Shown: positions 22,575 through 34,194 of the stretch, piece by piece | How the letters are laid out: every line of letters begins with the position of its first letter | Position numbering within the stretch: the first letter of the stretch is position 1 | Origin: Octopus sinensis | Taxonomy: Eukaryota | Assembly (NCBI RefSeq): GCF_006345805.1 | Contig: NC_043015.1 | Span: 48,112,001-48,176,000, forward strand | DNA: 64,000 nt | Reading direction: 5' to 3' | The notes under the pieces: model-generated | The model's input: only the letters and a program-made list of their open reading frames with translations | The model's database searches: none | Told to the model about the DNA's origin: nothing | Translations under genes and position numbers: made by a program

Positions 22575-22754
22575 TCTTGGGGAAATTTTTGACCCTGGGT
22601 TCTCATTCTTAAGGTATTTTTTGATGTTATTATTATCATTATTATTATTATTCAGGTCACTGCCTGGAATTGAACTTGGAATTAGTAGCCTGCACTCTTC
22701 ACCACAACGCCATACGCTTGTGGTTCGAAACCCAAGTTCAAAATTTTCCTAAGA

Positions 22755-22796
22755 CACCTGATGATGGCTGGAGGGTATACCAGCTGAAATGCTATG
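22755..22796 (+). ncRNA. Partly degenerate hammerhead motif (same SINE family)
   Basis: cac-CTGATGA-tggctgg/agggtata/ccagct-GAAAT-GCT-atg; CUGAUGA and GAAA are intact, but the triplet and stem I are altered. Confidence 0.55.
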
Positions 22797-23384
22797 TTAA
22801 CAACAAACAAGATGAGGACAAATATGCATCAAATGTAAATAATGTACATAATTCCTCATCTCTTAAATATAGAACTGGATAATGATGATGTCTGAATATT
22901 TGTTCTGGGTTCAAATTCCACCAAGGTTGACTTCGCCTTTCATCCTTTTGGTGTTGATAAAATGAGTTGCAGTGGAGCACAGGTGTCAATGTAATCAACT
23001 TACCTCAACCCCATAAATTGCTGGCCTTGCGCAAAAATTTGGCACCGATATTTACACTACGTGTTTACACTATACATTACATCAACAACTTTTATGCTGA
23101 AAAAGATGAGATTGACATTTTTACATTTGTCAGGAAGTTAGAAAGTTTCGTGATAATATTGTTCATAAACATACCCAAGAACAGGCTCAACTTGTAAGGT
23201 ACAGTAATTATTTAAAAAAATGGGAAAAGCTCATAGAACAAGAAATTGATTTTTTGAGGGGTTGGGTGTCAGCTGTCCTGTGTTATTTAAAAACAAGTCT
23301 CAGAAATCAAGAAGTATTGTTTCCCCCCAAGATAATCACGATTAGTGGATGTGTTTAATCACTGACAATATACAAAAGGCTTAA

Positions 23385-23790
23385 GGAGGCAAGCTGGCAG
23401 AAACGTTAGCATGCCAGGCAAAATGCTTTGTGGTATTTTGTCTGCTGTTACGTTGTGAGTTCAAATTCCGCCGAGGTCGACTTTACCTTTCGGGGTCGAT
23501 AAATTAAGTACCAGTTATGCACTGGGGTCGATAAATTAAGTACCAGTTATGCACTGGGGTCGATGTAATCGACTTAATACCTATGTCTGTCCTTGTTTGT
23601 CCCCTCTATGTTTAGCCCCTTGTGGGTAATAAAGAAATAGGTATTTCGTCTGTTTTTACGTTCTGAGTTCAAATTCCACCGAAGTCAACTTTGCCTTTCA
23701 TCCTTTCAGGGTCAATAAATTAAGTACCAACTCCCTCCACCCTAAAAAAAAAAAAAATTGGGGACCTTGTGCCTAGAGTAGAAAAGAATA
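23385..23790 (+). mobile_element. tRNA-SINE family B dimer with a short internal tandem duplication
   Basis: Junction aaagaaatag|gtatttcgtc at 23640/23641; ggggtcgataaattaagtaccagttatgcact is repeated near 23492-23555. Confidence 0.85.
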
Positions 23791-24059
23791 TACAACTGGC
23801 TCTGGCAGTTTCAGAACAAAACCACCATATTTTATGGCCTACAAGTCAAATTCTTCAGCCTGATATTTACATCCAAGAAAGGTAAATCAACTTATATACC
23901 AAGATGACTCTGGAGGATGAAGAATTCCATATGAAAATGCAGTAGGATTAGGAAAGATAGTGTTTGAATGCTTAGACTACAAGCTTACACCATGTATTAC
24001 ATTGACTTGTATGCTGGAAAATATGGTATGGTCTAATATATATGTATATATACAATATG

Positions 24060-24358
24060 TGGAGGCGCAATGGCCCAGTGGTTAGGGCAGCGGACTCGCG
24101 GTCGTAGGATCGCGGTTTCGATTCCCAGACCGGGCGTTGTGAGTGTTTATTGAGCGAAAACACCTAAAAGCTCCACGAGGCTCCGGCAGAGGGTGGTGGT
24201 GATCCCTGCTGTACTCTTTCACCCCTCTTTCTTCTGTTGGCCTGCTCGCTTAGCCAGCAGGGTGGCGTCATTCGAAGGCTAAAACAATGCGAACGCATTG
24301 TGACCAGCGATGTGTAGCAACATCTGATGGTCTGGTCGGTCACATGATCACGTGATAT
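24060..24358 (+). mobile_element. tRNA-SINE family D copy
   Basis: Same head; 3' module ends ggtcacatgatcacgtgatatac and also appears at 9500-9620. Confidence 0.85.
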
Positions 24359-24581
24359 ACAATATATTTTACTTGTTTCAGTCATTAGACTGCGGCCATG
24401 CTTGGGCACCCCCTGGAAGAATTTTAGCCAAATGAATCGAGCCTAGTACTTATTTTATTTTAGAGACTGATACTTGTCCAGTTGGTTTCATTTGCTGAAC
24501 TACTAAGTTGTGGAGATGTAAACACACCAACACTGGTTGTCAAGCGGTGAGGGTGGGATAAACACAGACACAAACACACAC

Positions 24582-24826
24582 TGTTGTAATGTGTAACTGC
24601 TGTTGTACCATAGTAGTTACTAGTCACTGGATATTGCTGCATCTTCGTACCGGAATAGTAATACATTAACTTCTTGTCTTACTATTGTTGATAGATCCAT
24701 AAGACACTGACTAGAACTGTTGACTCAACTTTTCAACTCTTAACAACCGACTACCTTGACAACCGACTACTGGTCTATTTATAACCACTTTTTACCGGGA
24801 GTGGTATACAGTTTCCCTATATAACA
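24582..24826 (-). mobile_element. Small solo-LTR-like element
   Basis: TGTT...AACA termini, CACAC on both sides, tataaata about 45 bp from the minus-strand 5' end, duplicated acaaccgactac. Confidence 0.5.
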
Positions 24827-25113
24827 CACACCTACGCCCACACAGTCATGCCTATAAAGTTATTTAATCAATGATTTTCCTTTTATTGAACACTGATGTA
24901 CAAGCTGTATCTAATATGATCCATAATCATTGATTCTATAGTGAGCATTGATGTAAATATTTAAACAATATAATTTGCAATGATTTACCTTTTCAATGAA
25001 TAATTTATACTTTTGTATTATTCATCTGTTCTACTATTGTATGTGAAATGCAAGAAATGTATAACAAGCATTCTATCTATCTGAATGTCCCATCAAACAT
25101 AAAAGTTTGTTTA

Positions 25114-25440
25114 TCTATTATATAAAAATCCGTTCTGTCTGTCTGTGTGTGTGGCTTCTAGGATCTCGGGCATCTTTCATCCGATTGCACTCAAATTTGA
25201 TATGTAGATACCGACGGTGTCAAAGCGTGTATAAGTCTTGAAAAAATTACAAAAATCGATTCCAGGTGAGAATGTGATCGATAAAGCCGTGGGAACATGC
25301 ATTTGTATGAGCAAGTACATCAGCTGTTGTAATCGAGACTACATATACGCGAGAAAAATGCACATGCAGTTTGCGTAAAAAAAGCCGGCTGGCTTGAAAT
25401 AATGACACAAAATGCAGTATATTTAAGAGACCAAAAATGT
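25114..25440 (+). mobile_element. Non-autonomous Helitron-like 5' segment
   Basis: A|TCTATTATATAAAA followed by ctgtctgtctgtgtg and ccgattgcactcaaatttg, typical of Helitron-derived repeats. No 3' end was located. Confidence 0.45.
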
Positions 25441-25675
25441 AAGATGCAAAAGAGATATTTTCTTCAAACTTGGTATGAAGGAAGAAAAGACTATTTGGTT
25501 TCTCAAGAAGTTCTTTTTTTTGCTTTAACTTCGTTTAACAAAATCAAAAATTTTATTGAGATAAAGGCATGCTTAATTATTTTTTAATGAAAAGAAAAAC
25601 ACTGATTGCTTTTTATTCAGCAGATATGATTCAGCACCGTCCATTAGACGGGGAGGGGGAGGCGTTTTGCTTGTG

Positions 25676-25679
<4 letters not shown>

Positions 25680-25762
<83 letters not shown>
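25680..25762. repeat. (TA)n microsatellite, about 40 units
   Basis: Read directly. Confidence 0.97.
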
Positions 25763-25765
<3 letters not shown>

Positions 25766-26237
25766 CTTTTGACAGACTGGCAGGCGTGGCTGTGTGGTAA
25801 GAAGTTTGCTTCCCAACCACATGGTTCTGGGTTCAGTCCCACTGTGTGGCACCTGGGCAAATGTCTTCTACTATAGTTTAGAGGTGACCTTTTGAGTGGA
25901 TTTGGTAGACAGAAACGGAAAGAAGCCCATTAACAACCAGTACTGATGTGTTTATGTCCCTGTAACTTAGTAGTAGTACTTGATTGGGCTTTTTTAATTA
26001 TATCAGTCCCAGAAAGATAAAAGGCAAAACTGACCTAAACAAGGCTTGAACTCAGACCATAAGGTGCAGGTGTGGCTGTGTGGTAAAACGTTTGCTTCCC
26101 AAACCACATGGGCTCTGAATTCAGTCCCACTGCATGGAAACAAGGATAGGTGTCTTCTACTATAACCTTGGGCTGACCAAAGCCTTGTGAGTGAACTTGA
26201 GAGATGAAAACTGAAAGAAGCCCATCATATGTATGTA

Positions 26238-26271
<34 letters not shown>

Positions 26272-26838
26272 TATCTGTATGTGTATCTTTGCGTCAGTGT
26301 TTGTCCCCACCCTAACCATTTGACAACCAGTGCTGGTGTGTTTACATCCCTGTAACTTAGTGGTTCGTCAAAAGTGACCAATGGAATAAGTACCAGGCTT
26401 TAAAAAACATAAGTCCTGGGGTCAATTCATTCGACTAAAAATTCTTCAAGGCAGTGCTCCAGCATGGGCTATAGTCTAATGACTGAAGCAAGAAAAAGAC
26501 AAAAAGATCAATATAAAAAGCTTGAAGCCACATTGTCCAACACTCAACTAACCCTACCAGTTCACCACTTTTGTCTTCCTTATATAATGCCAGGCCTGTG
26601 TTTAAATCAGTATTTGGGCTTGACCCAACTAGAATGTGTGACCCTTCTCTGATGGGACTGACCTTCGTTTCCAAGACCTTCACATACATAAAGGACAAAG
26701 ATACACCAGTCAAACGAAAAACAGCACAGTTCTTTAGATTAGCGTTTAAGTGGAACCATAATTGTAAATACTTTTCTGTAGTTAGATTTTTAATTGCACT
26801 GAATCAGGGGCAATTAAACAACTAAATTAGTCGTTTAA

Positions 26839-27298
26839 CCCTTTTGATACCAACTCACCTGAAACCACCTCTGGCTCTAGTACAAATGTCTTGTTTTCAA
26901 AAGTTCTGAATTACAATCTTCCACCAAACCTTAGACACAATTTATGTTCCTAACACTAGTTTAATGATAACTAAGTTATTTTAGTAAATTCTTTGTTATA
27001 TTTAAAATTAATTGAAAGAAACACAGAGCATCTCAACAGAAATATGGTAACAAAAGGGTTAAAAAATATAATAGAGAAACAATTCTTAACCCTTTTGATG
27101 CCAACCTGGCTGAAACCACCACTGGCTCTGTAGTACGAATGTCTTGTTTTCAAAAGTTCTGAATTAAAATCTTTCACAAAACCTTAGACACAATTTATAT
27201 TCCCAACACTTGCTTAATGATAACTAAATTCTTTGTTATATCCAAAATTAATTCAAAGAAACACAGGGTATCTCAACAGAAATTTGGTAACAAAAGGG
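26839..27298. mobile_element. Two tandem piggyBac-type MITEs (26839-27058 and 27090-27298)
   Basis: Each is bounded by TTAA|CCCTTTTG...CAAAAGGG|TTAA. Other copies at 11048-11268, 30988-31210, 44463-44682 and 52519-53143. Confidence 0.85.
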
Positions 27299-30032
27299 TT
27301 AAAAAAGATATAAAAAGTAAAAATCTGGTAACAGTAAAGCTTGTATTACAATCAAGCTTCCTAACAGGTGGTTTTCTGGTGGTTTTCTGGTGGTTTAGGT
27401 AATCTACACTATTACACTGTGTGGTATAGCTAAACTGGCATCACCATCATCATCATTTTAATTTCCACTTTTTCATGCTTGCATAGGTTGGACAGAATTT
27501 GTTGAGGAAGGTTTTCTAAAGCGGGATGCCCATGCTATCTGCCAAGCCTCACCTGTTTTCAGGTAAGGTAATATTTCCACCTGACCAAACATATTTTCAA
27601 GGAAGTCTGGAAACAGAGAACACCACTTGCATGACAGTGACACTTGCTTACAACTATCACACCATATCAAGGCAAGGAGATAGTGAGTGGCTTTGTGGTA
27701 AGAAGCTTGCTTCTCAATCACATGGTTCCAAGTTCAGTCCCAGCGCATGGCATCTTGGGCAAGTGTCTTCTTCTATAGCCTCAGGCTGACCAAAGCCTTG
27801 TGAGTGGATTTGGTAGATGAAAACTGAAAGAAGCCAGTCGTGTGTGTGTGTATGTATGTATATATATATATATGTATGTGTGTGTGTTTGTTATTTGTGT
27901 CTGTCCCCCCCACCATCGCTTGACAACCGATGTTGGTGTATTTATGCCCCTGTCATTTAGTGGTTTGGTGAAAAAAAGACTGATAGAATAAGTACTAGGC
28001 TTACAAAGAATAAGTCCTGGGGTGGATTTGTTCGACTAAAGGTAGTGCTCCAGCATGGCTGCAGTCAAACGACTGAAACAATTAAAAGAATAATAGAATA
28101 TATTTATATATTTAGCGGTTTGGCAAAAGAGACCGATAGAATAAGTACTGGGCTTACAAAAGAATAAGTCCCGGCCGCAGTCAAATGACTGAAACAAGTA
28201 AAAGAGTATACATATACACACACAACTTCTTTCAGTTTCTGTCTACCAAATCCACTCACAAAGCTTTGGTTGGTCCAGGGCTTACAGTAGAAGACACTTG
28301 CCCATGGTGTCATGCAGTGGGACTGAACCCAAAACCATATGGTTGTGAAGGAAACATCTTGCCACACAGCTATGTAATTAAAAATGAAACCAACAATAAT
28401 GGTTGAATGTAAAGAAAATAACTTGGCTTCTATGAATTAAGCAAACAAAACTCTAACATTTTCAAATTACTGAGCTAGGATGAAATGAAATGACAGCCAA
28501 GAAACTGTATCTTTAATTTATCTCGACTGTTGTACATCATTATATGTTATAATATATATTTGATTGTTTTGATCTTGTTTAATTCTTGCTCTCTGACAGA
28601 CATAGAAGTCTATAAATTTTTCATCTGACAGTCTTTCAAATAAATAATTGCATTTTTGTTTACCATTCCAAATGAGTGTTCTTTAAGTCTTACTTGAAAT
28701 GTCTAATTAAAAAAAAAAAAAAAATGTTAACCAAATGGGTTGGTTTTAACAATAGGGTTAAAAACTATGTAATGGCATGTGACCAAGTGGTTGACAGGCT
28801 CATAATTGAAAGGTCATGGGCTCAAATGGCAGATGGGTCAGCACATTATGTCCTTGAGCAAAGTACTTTATTTTTCAGCTCAGGTGATAATGAGAACCAA
28901 CTGACTATTAATACAGCTCACACTATTACATATAAGTAGTGCTTATATGTAATAGTAATACATAAGCACTATTTATATATATTACTATTACAAAATTATT
29001 ATTAGACCTTTCAATACTAATTAGGACTTTAGTATTTCCTATTATAACTTCAAATATATATTTTTTAAATCAAACCTAATCTTCCCATTTTTGAAATTTT
29101 ACAGCTCCTAAACATACTCTGTAATAATGGTTTCAAATTTTGGTACAAGGCCAGCAATTTCGGGGGATAGAGTCACAAAAGTCTGGTGCAGACTTCGGCC
29201 TGGCCAGCTATTTTGGTACTATCCTACTCATGCTAGCATGGAACATGGACATTAAATGATAATGATGATGATGATGAGTGTAAGCTGATTACATTGACTT
29301 CCAGTGCTCCATTGTACTTATTATATCAAACTCCAAAAGGATGGAAGGCGAAGTCGACCTTGGCAGAATTTGAACTCAGAATGTAAAGACAGACAAAATG
29401 TCACTAAGCATTTTGCCCAGCATGCTAACGATTCTGCCAGCTTGCCGCCTTAAACAACATCATCATCATCATTTAACGTCCGCTTTCCATGCTAGCATGG
29501 GTTGGACGGTTCAACTGGGGTCTGGGAAGCCAGAAGGCTGCACTAGGCCCAGTCTGATCTGGCAGTATTTCTACGGCTGGATGTCCTTCCTAACGTCAAC
29601 CACTCCATGAGTGTAGTGGGTGCTTTTTACGTGCCACCGGTAAGGAGGCCAGACGAGGCTGGCAACGGCCACGATCGGATGGTGCTTTTTACATATTCTG
29701 TAATAATAACTAGATCATTGATACATCCATACATTGTGATGGATATCCAAAGATTAGTTGAATTGCTTCAAGTAATAAAAAGAAGCGTAGAGAGTTGGGT
29801 TAGATCCTTGGTGAACAACTTCATATCAACTAAGCATTAGTTTGCTTGTAGCAATCTCAGGCCTAATCTGTTCAGTTTTCAGTCATTCATCAACATTTGC
29901 ATCCTCAATACCCCTCAAAGTATGCAACCTAGTCAAATGAAAAACAGAGCTGTCCTCAAAGCCTTTTCTTCATATTTGAAATATATTGGGTTAGTGCATA
30001 ATTATTGCGGCTTTTTTTCAACAAATTTTATA

Positions 30033-30203
30033 GGCATAGGAGTGGCTGTGTGGTAAGTAGCTTGCTTACAAATCACATGGTTCCAGGTTCAGTCCCACTG
30101 CGTGACACCTTGGGCAAGTGTCTTCTACTATAGCCTCTGGCCGACCAAAGCCTTGTGAGTGGATTTCGTAGACAGAAACTGAAAGAAGCTTGTTGTATAT
30201 ATG

Positions 30204-30234
<31 letters not shown>

Positions 30235-30440
30235 ATTTGTTTGTGTGTCTGTGTTTGTCCCTCCCAACATTGTTTGACAACCGATGGTGTGTTTACATCC
30301 CCGTAACTTAGCCACTCAGCAAAAGAGACCGATAGAATAAGTACTAGGCTTACAAAGAATAAGTCCTGGGGTCGATTTGCTTGACTAAAGGCAGTGCTCC
30401 AGCATGGCCACAGTGAGACGACTGAAACAAGTAAGAGTAA
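30033..30440 (+). mobile_element. tRNA-SINE family A copy
   Basis: Full-length match to the family consensus seen in this window. Confidence 0.87.
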
Positions 30441-31821
30441 CAAAAACAACTTTAAATGACGGTATCACCATCTGCCAAGCAAATGGGAAGCAGTAATTGA
30501 AGTAGATGGTGAATATGCTCCAGAATAATCATTTAAAGATGTTTTTGTTGAAAAAATCCGCAAATAATTATGCCCCAACCCAATAATTTATGCTATCTCA
30601 TATGGATACAAATCTAAACTGTATCATCTGTCTGTTTCTTATTGAATATTTGCGGTGTCTTTGAGATGCTAATATTTTAAAGTGTTGAAGGTGATGAGCA
30701 GGTAGAATGTTAGCATGCCAGGCAAAATGCTTAGCGGCATTTCATCCGTCTTTATGTTCCAAGTTCAAATTCCACTGAGGCTGACTTTGGCTTTTATCCT
30801 TTCAAAGTTAATAAAATAAGTACCAGGTGAACACTGAGGGTCGATGTAATTGGCTTACTCCCTCCAAAATTGCTGGCCTTGTGCCAAAATTTGAAATCAA
30901 TATTTCATGGGTTTTGTGAGCTTGTACGTGACTGGGTCTGCTTAAGAGGAAATAGTAAGCTTTTCCATTGAAAATTAGGGGCTTTTACCCTTTTGTTGCC
31001 ATATTTCTGTTGAAAACTATTGCCTTTGTTTCAACTAATTTTGGAAATGAAAATTTTTGTAAAATTTTGTAAAATCATCATCATTAAGCTGGTGTTTGGG
31101 AATAAATTAACATGAAATTTTGATGACAGATTTAATTTTAAGTCACTTTAAAACAAGAAGTTTGCATCATAAAGCCTAGGGCATCCTCAAGCAGTTTGGT
31201 ATCAAAAGGGTTAGGGTTAACACTTAACACTTTTTATGGTTCTTTTTTCCTTCAACATGGAAGCACATGGCTTAGTGGTTAGGATGTAGGACTCATGATC
31301 ATAAGATTGTGGTTTCAATTCCTAGACTGGGTGATGCATTGTGTTCTTGAGCAAAACCCTTCATTCCATGCTGCTCCAGTCCACTCAGCTGGTAAAAATG
31401 ATAATCCTGCAACGGACCAGTGTCCCATCGAGGTGGAGAATATATTTGCCACAGAAACCTGGAAACTGGCCCTGTGAGACTATATGACTTCCTAAAAAGC
31501 TCTTCTACAGTGTCCATCTCTATACAAACCCCAATGAGAATATTATCAGAGCTTGGTGAATGTGCTGATTCAATCACCTTATCTTCCAGTTTCGTTTTCT
31601 ATCTATTATCTTGACTTTGTTCCACAAAACTTGGTCACTTCTCTTTGTACTCCATCCCATAAATGATCAGCCATGCCTGATTTTTCTGTCTCCCAATAAA
31701 TTATGGCTTTATGATATTCCGTTATCCTTACTTGGTGAGCTGGCAGAAACGTTTGCAGGCTGGGCGAAATGCTTAGCGGAATTTCGTCTGTCATTACGTC
31801 ATAAGCGCAATAGTGACTGTA

Positions 31822-32192
31822 TGATAAATAGCTTGCTTACCAACCACATGGTTCCGGGTACAGTCCAACTGCATGGCACCTTGGGCAAGTGTCTTCTACT
31901 ATAGCCTCGGGCCGACCAAAGCCTTGTGAGTGGATTTGGTAGACGGAAACTGAAAGAAGCCTGTCGTATATATTTATATATATATCTATGTTTGTGTGTC
32001 TGTCCCCACAACATTGCTTGACAACCGATGCTGGTGTGTTTACGTCCCTGTAACTTAGCGGTTCGGCAAAAAGAAACCGATAGAATAAGTACTAGGCTTA
32101 CAAAGAATAAGTCCTGGGGTCGATTTGCTCGACTAAAGGCGGTACTCCAGCATGGCCGCAGTCAAATGACTGAAACAAGTAAAAGAGTAAAA
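31822..32192 (+). mobile_element. tRNA-SINE family A copy
   Basis: Match to family A; tail gtaaaagagtaaaaga. Confidence 0.85.
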
Positions 32193-32306
32193 GAATCACA
32201 TAGGCATCCCATAAAATATCATTTTATGTTTATTTTCAACTTGAAAAGGTTTATTCTTTTTATTAATTGACATTTTTATGTTTCAGGTTCTATATGTGAC
32301 TGTTTA

Positions 32307-33279
32307 ATGGTGCCATGTACAAAAGAAGCCTTGGAACAATCTGAATTTCAAAGAGGCCGTATTATGAGTCATTCTGAAGGTGAACTTAGCGTAAAATCGC
32401 AGAAAACTTGAGATCCCACTTTCTTCAGTTGATAGAGTGATTATGCAATTCACCAGAGAGGAGAAGGGGCCCACATCATCTTGCCCAGGTCGACCAGGGC
32501 CCTCTGACAGGACCCTTTGCTTTGTTAAGAGAAGTGTGAGGATAATCCTTGTTGCAAGACCTCTGACACAGCAGAACTAGATGATGTCAATCTCAGAATA
32601 TCTGCCAAGTATCTCCACAAACTTGGCTACTATGGCAGAGTAGCATGAAGGAAGCCACTTCTTCGACCAGTCAATATTAAGCGGAGAAAAGATTGGGCCA
32701 GTGAGATGGTGGTGAGGCCATTAGCATTTTGAGACACTCATATTTTCTGATGAGTCCAGATTTGCTGTATTTTCTGACAGTTTTCAAGTGTGGGTCAGGA
32801 GACTCTGTGATCAAGAATTTGATGTGAAAACATTGCAGACAACAACGAAATACAGCGGTTTTTCTGTGATGGTCTGGGGAGCAATTCAGAGCAATGGTTG
32901 ATCAGATCTCGTGAATTGCGAGGGAAACATAAATGCAGTAAATATGTGTCCATATTTCAGAAAGGATTCCTAATCTTCTCTAGTGGTGAAATAATTAAAG
33001 AAGACTCTCTATTTATGGCTAAAGACCCAAGAATGGTTGGAAGAGAATGGCATTAAAAAGCTTCCATGGCCAAGCCAGTCACCAGATATGAACCCTATTG
33101 AACACCTCTGGAGCATAATGGACAGGACACTTTGTAAGAAGGACAAGAAAACATCCTCCTAGCCAGATCTTTTGAGATTAGTGTATGAAACTTGGTAAGA
33201 AATTCCTCATCTGATCAGTAGTATGCCTAATAGGGCCCTTGCATTGAAAAATGTAAAGAGTATGTCTGCTAGGTATTAG
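32307..33279 (+). pseudogene. Decayed Tc1/mariner transposase
   Basis: Frameshifted reading gives SEFQRGRI, LGYYGRVA*RKPLL, FSDESRF, VMVWGAI and LPWPSQSPDMNPIEHLW; the QDNAP segment is missing. Confidence 0.88.
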
Positions 33280-33624
33280 ATATTCACATCATAATAATTA
33301 ATAATCTGAATGTATAATTTTAGATTTAAATAAATTTTAATGATTATAAGGGTGTTTATTTCTTATTTCTTTATTGTCCACAAGGGGTTAAACATAGATG
33401 GGACAAACAAGGATAGACAAAGGGATTAAGTTGATTACATCGACCCCAGTGCATAACTAGTACTTAATTTATCGACCCTGAAAGGATGAACGGCAAAGTC
33501 AACCTCGGCAGAATTTGAACTCAGAACGTAATGGCAGGGGAAATACCGCTAAGCATTTCACCTGGTGTGTTAACGTTTCTGTCAGTTCACGGTCTATTTA
33601 TTTTTGTCATGTCTGTGTATAAAT

Positions 33625-33844
33625 ATAGTAATCCCCTTGCCATATCACGGTTCACCTATCACGGTGTACTATTTAAGCTTACATTGATTCTTCTGTGGTG
33701 TCATTTTGCATTTATAATAAAATAAATGTATACAAATTATAAAAGTTTAAAAAAATATATACAGTATAATGCTGTTTCTGCTTTGAAAATTTTCACATAT
33801 CATGGGGGTTTTGGAACACCCACAATAAGTCAAGGGATTACTGT
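33625..33844. mobile_element. pogo/Tigger-like MITE
   Basis: Ends tagtaatccccttg and caagggattactg, in TA-rich flanks. Confidence 0.6.
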
Positions 33845-33845
33845 G

Positions 33846-33887
<42 letters not shown>

Positions 33888-33894
<7 letters not shown>

Positions 33895-34093
33895 TCAAAA
33901 TGTGACCGCGTGTGTACCGTTGGCAATTTTTTCCCTCTGTCTTCCCTTCTCTGGATCTTTCCTTCTATTTTTCCGATGAAGAGCTCCGCTCGAAACGTTA
34001 AACCCTCCTTCTTTCCTGAGCGTTCAATAATACTATATTTGTTCCACGTCCTTGCGTTGTTGTGTTTTTTTGTGCTTTCTTGTTTGGATTAAC
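33888..34093 (+). mobile_element. Penelope-like terminal-repeat fragment embedded in (TA)n
   Basis: Same architecture as 15253-15451, including gagc..gctcgaaacgttaaa and tttcctgagcg; (TA)n on both sides. Confidence 0.6.
33970..34002 (+). ncRNA. Minimal type I hammerhead motif with U4C core variant
   Basis: ttt-CCGATGA-a-gagc/tcc/gctc-GAAAC-GTT-aaa. Confidence 0.6.
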
Positions 34094-34194
34094 TATATAT
34101 ATATATATATATATATATAGGCGTAGGAGTGGCTGTGTGGTAAGTAGCTTCCTTACTGACCATGTTTATCACCCTTATTTTCTATATTAATCAT

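Larger units (their letters stand above)
22491..22875. mobile_element. Head-to-head pair of family H SINEs (full minus copy plus 5'-truncated plus copy)
   Basis: ttacatttgacggatatttgtcctcatctt...ggtgtcttgggg is the reverse complement of cctaagacacc...gatgaggacaaatatgcatcaaatgtaa. Confidence 0.75.

Noticed and set aside
24060-24135. SINE heads (families A, B, D, E, H) as tRNA genes
   Set aside because: They have A/B boxes but run directly into SINE bodies and lack complete cloverleaf acceptor stems.
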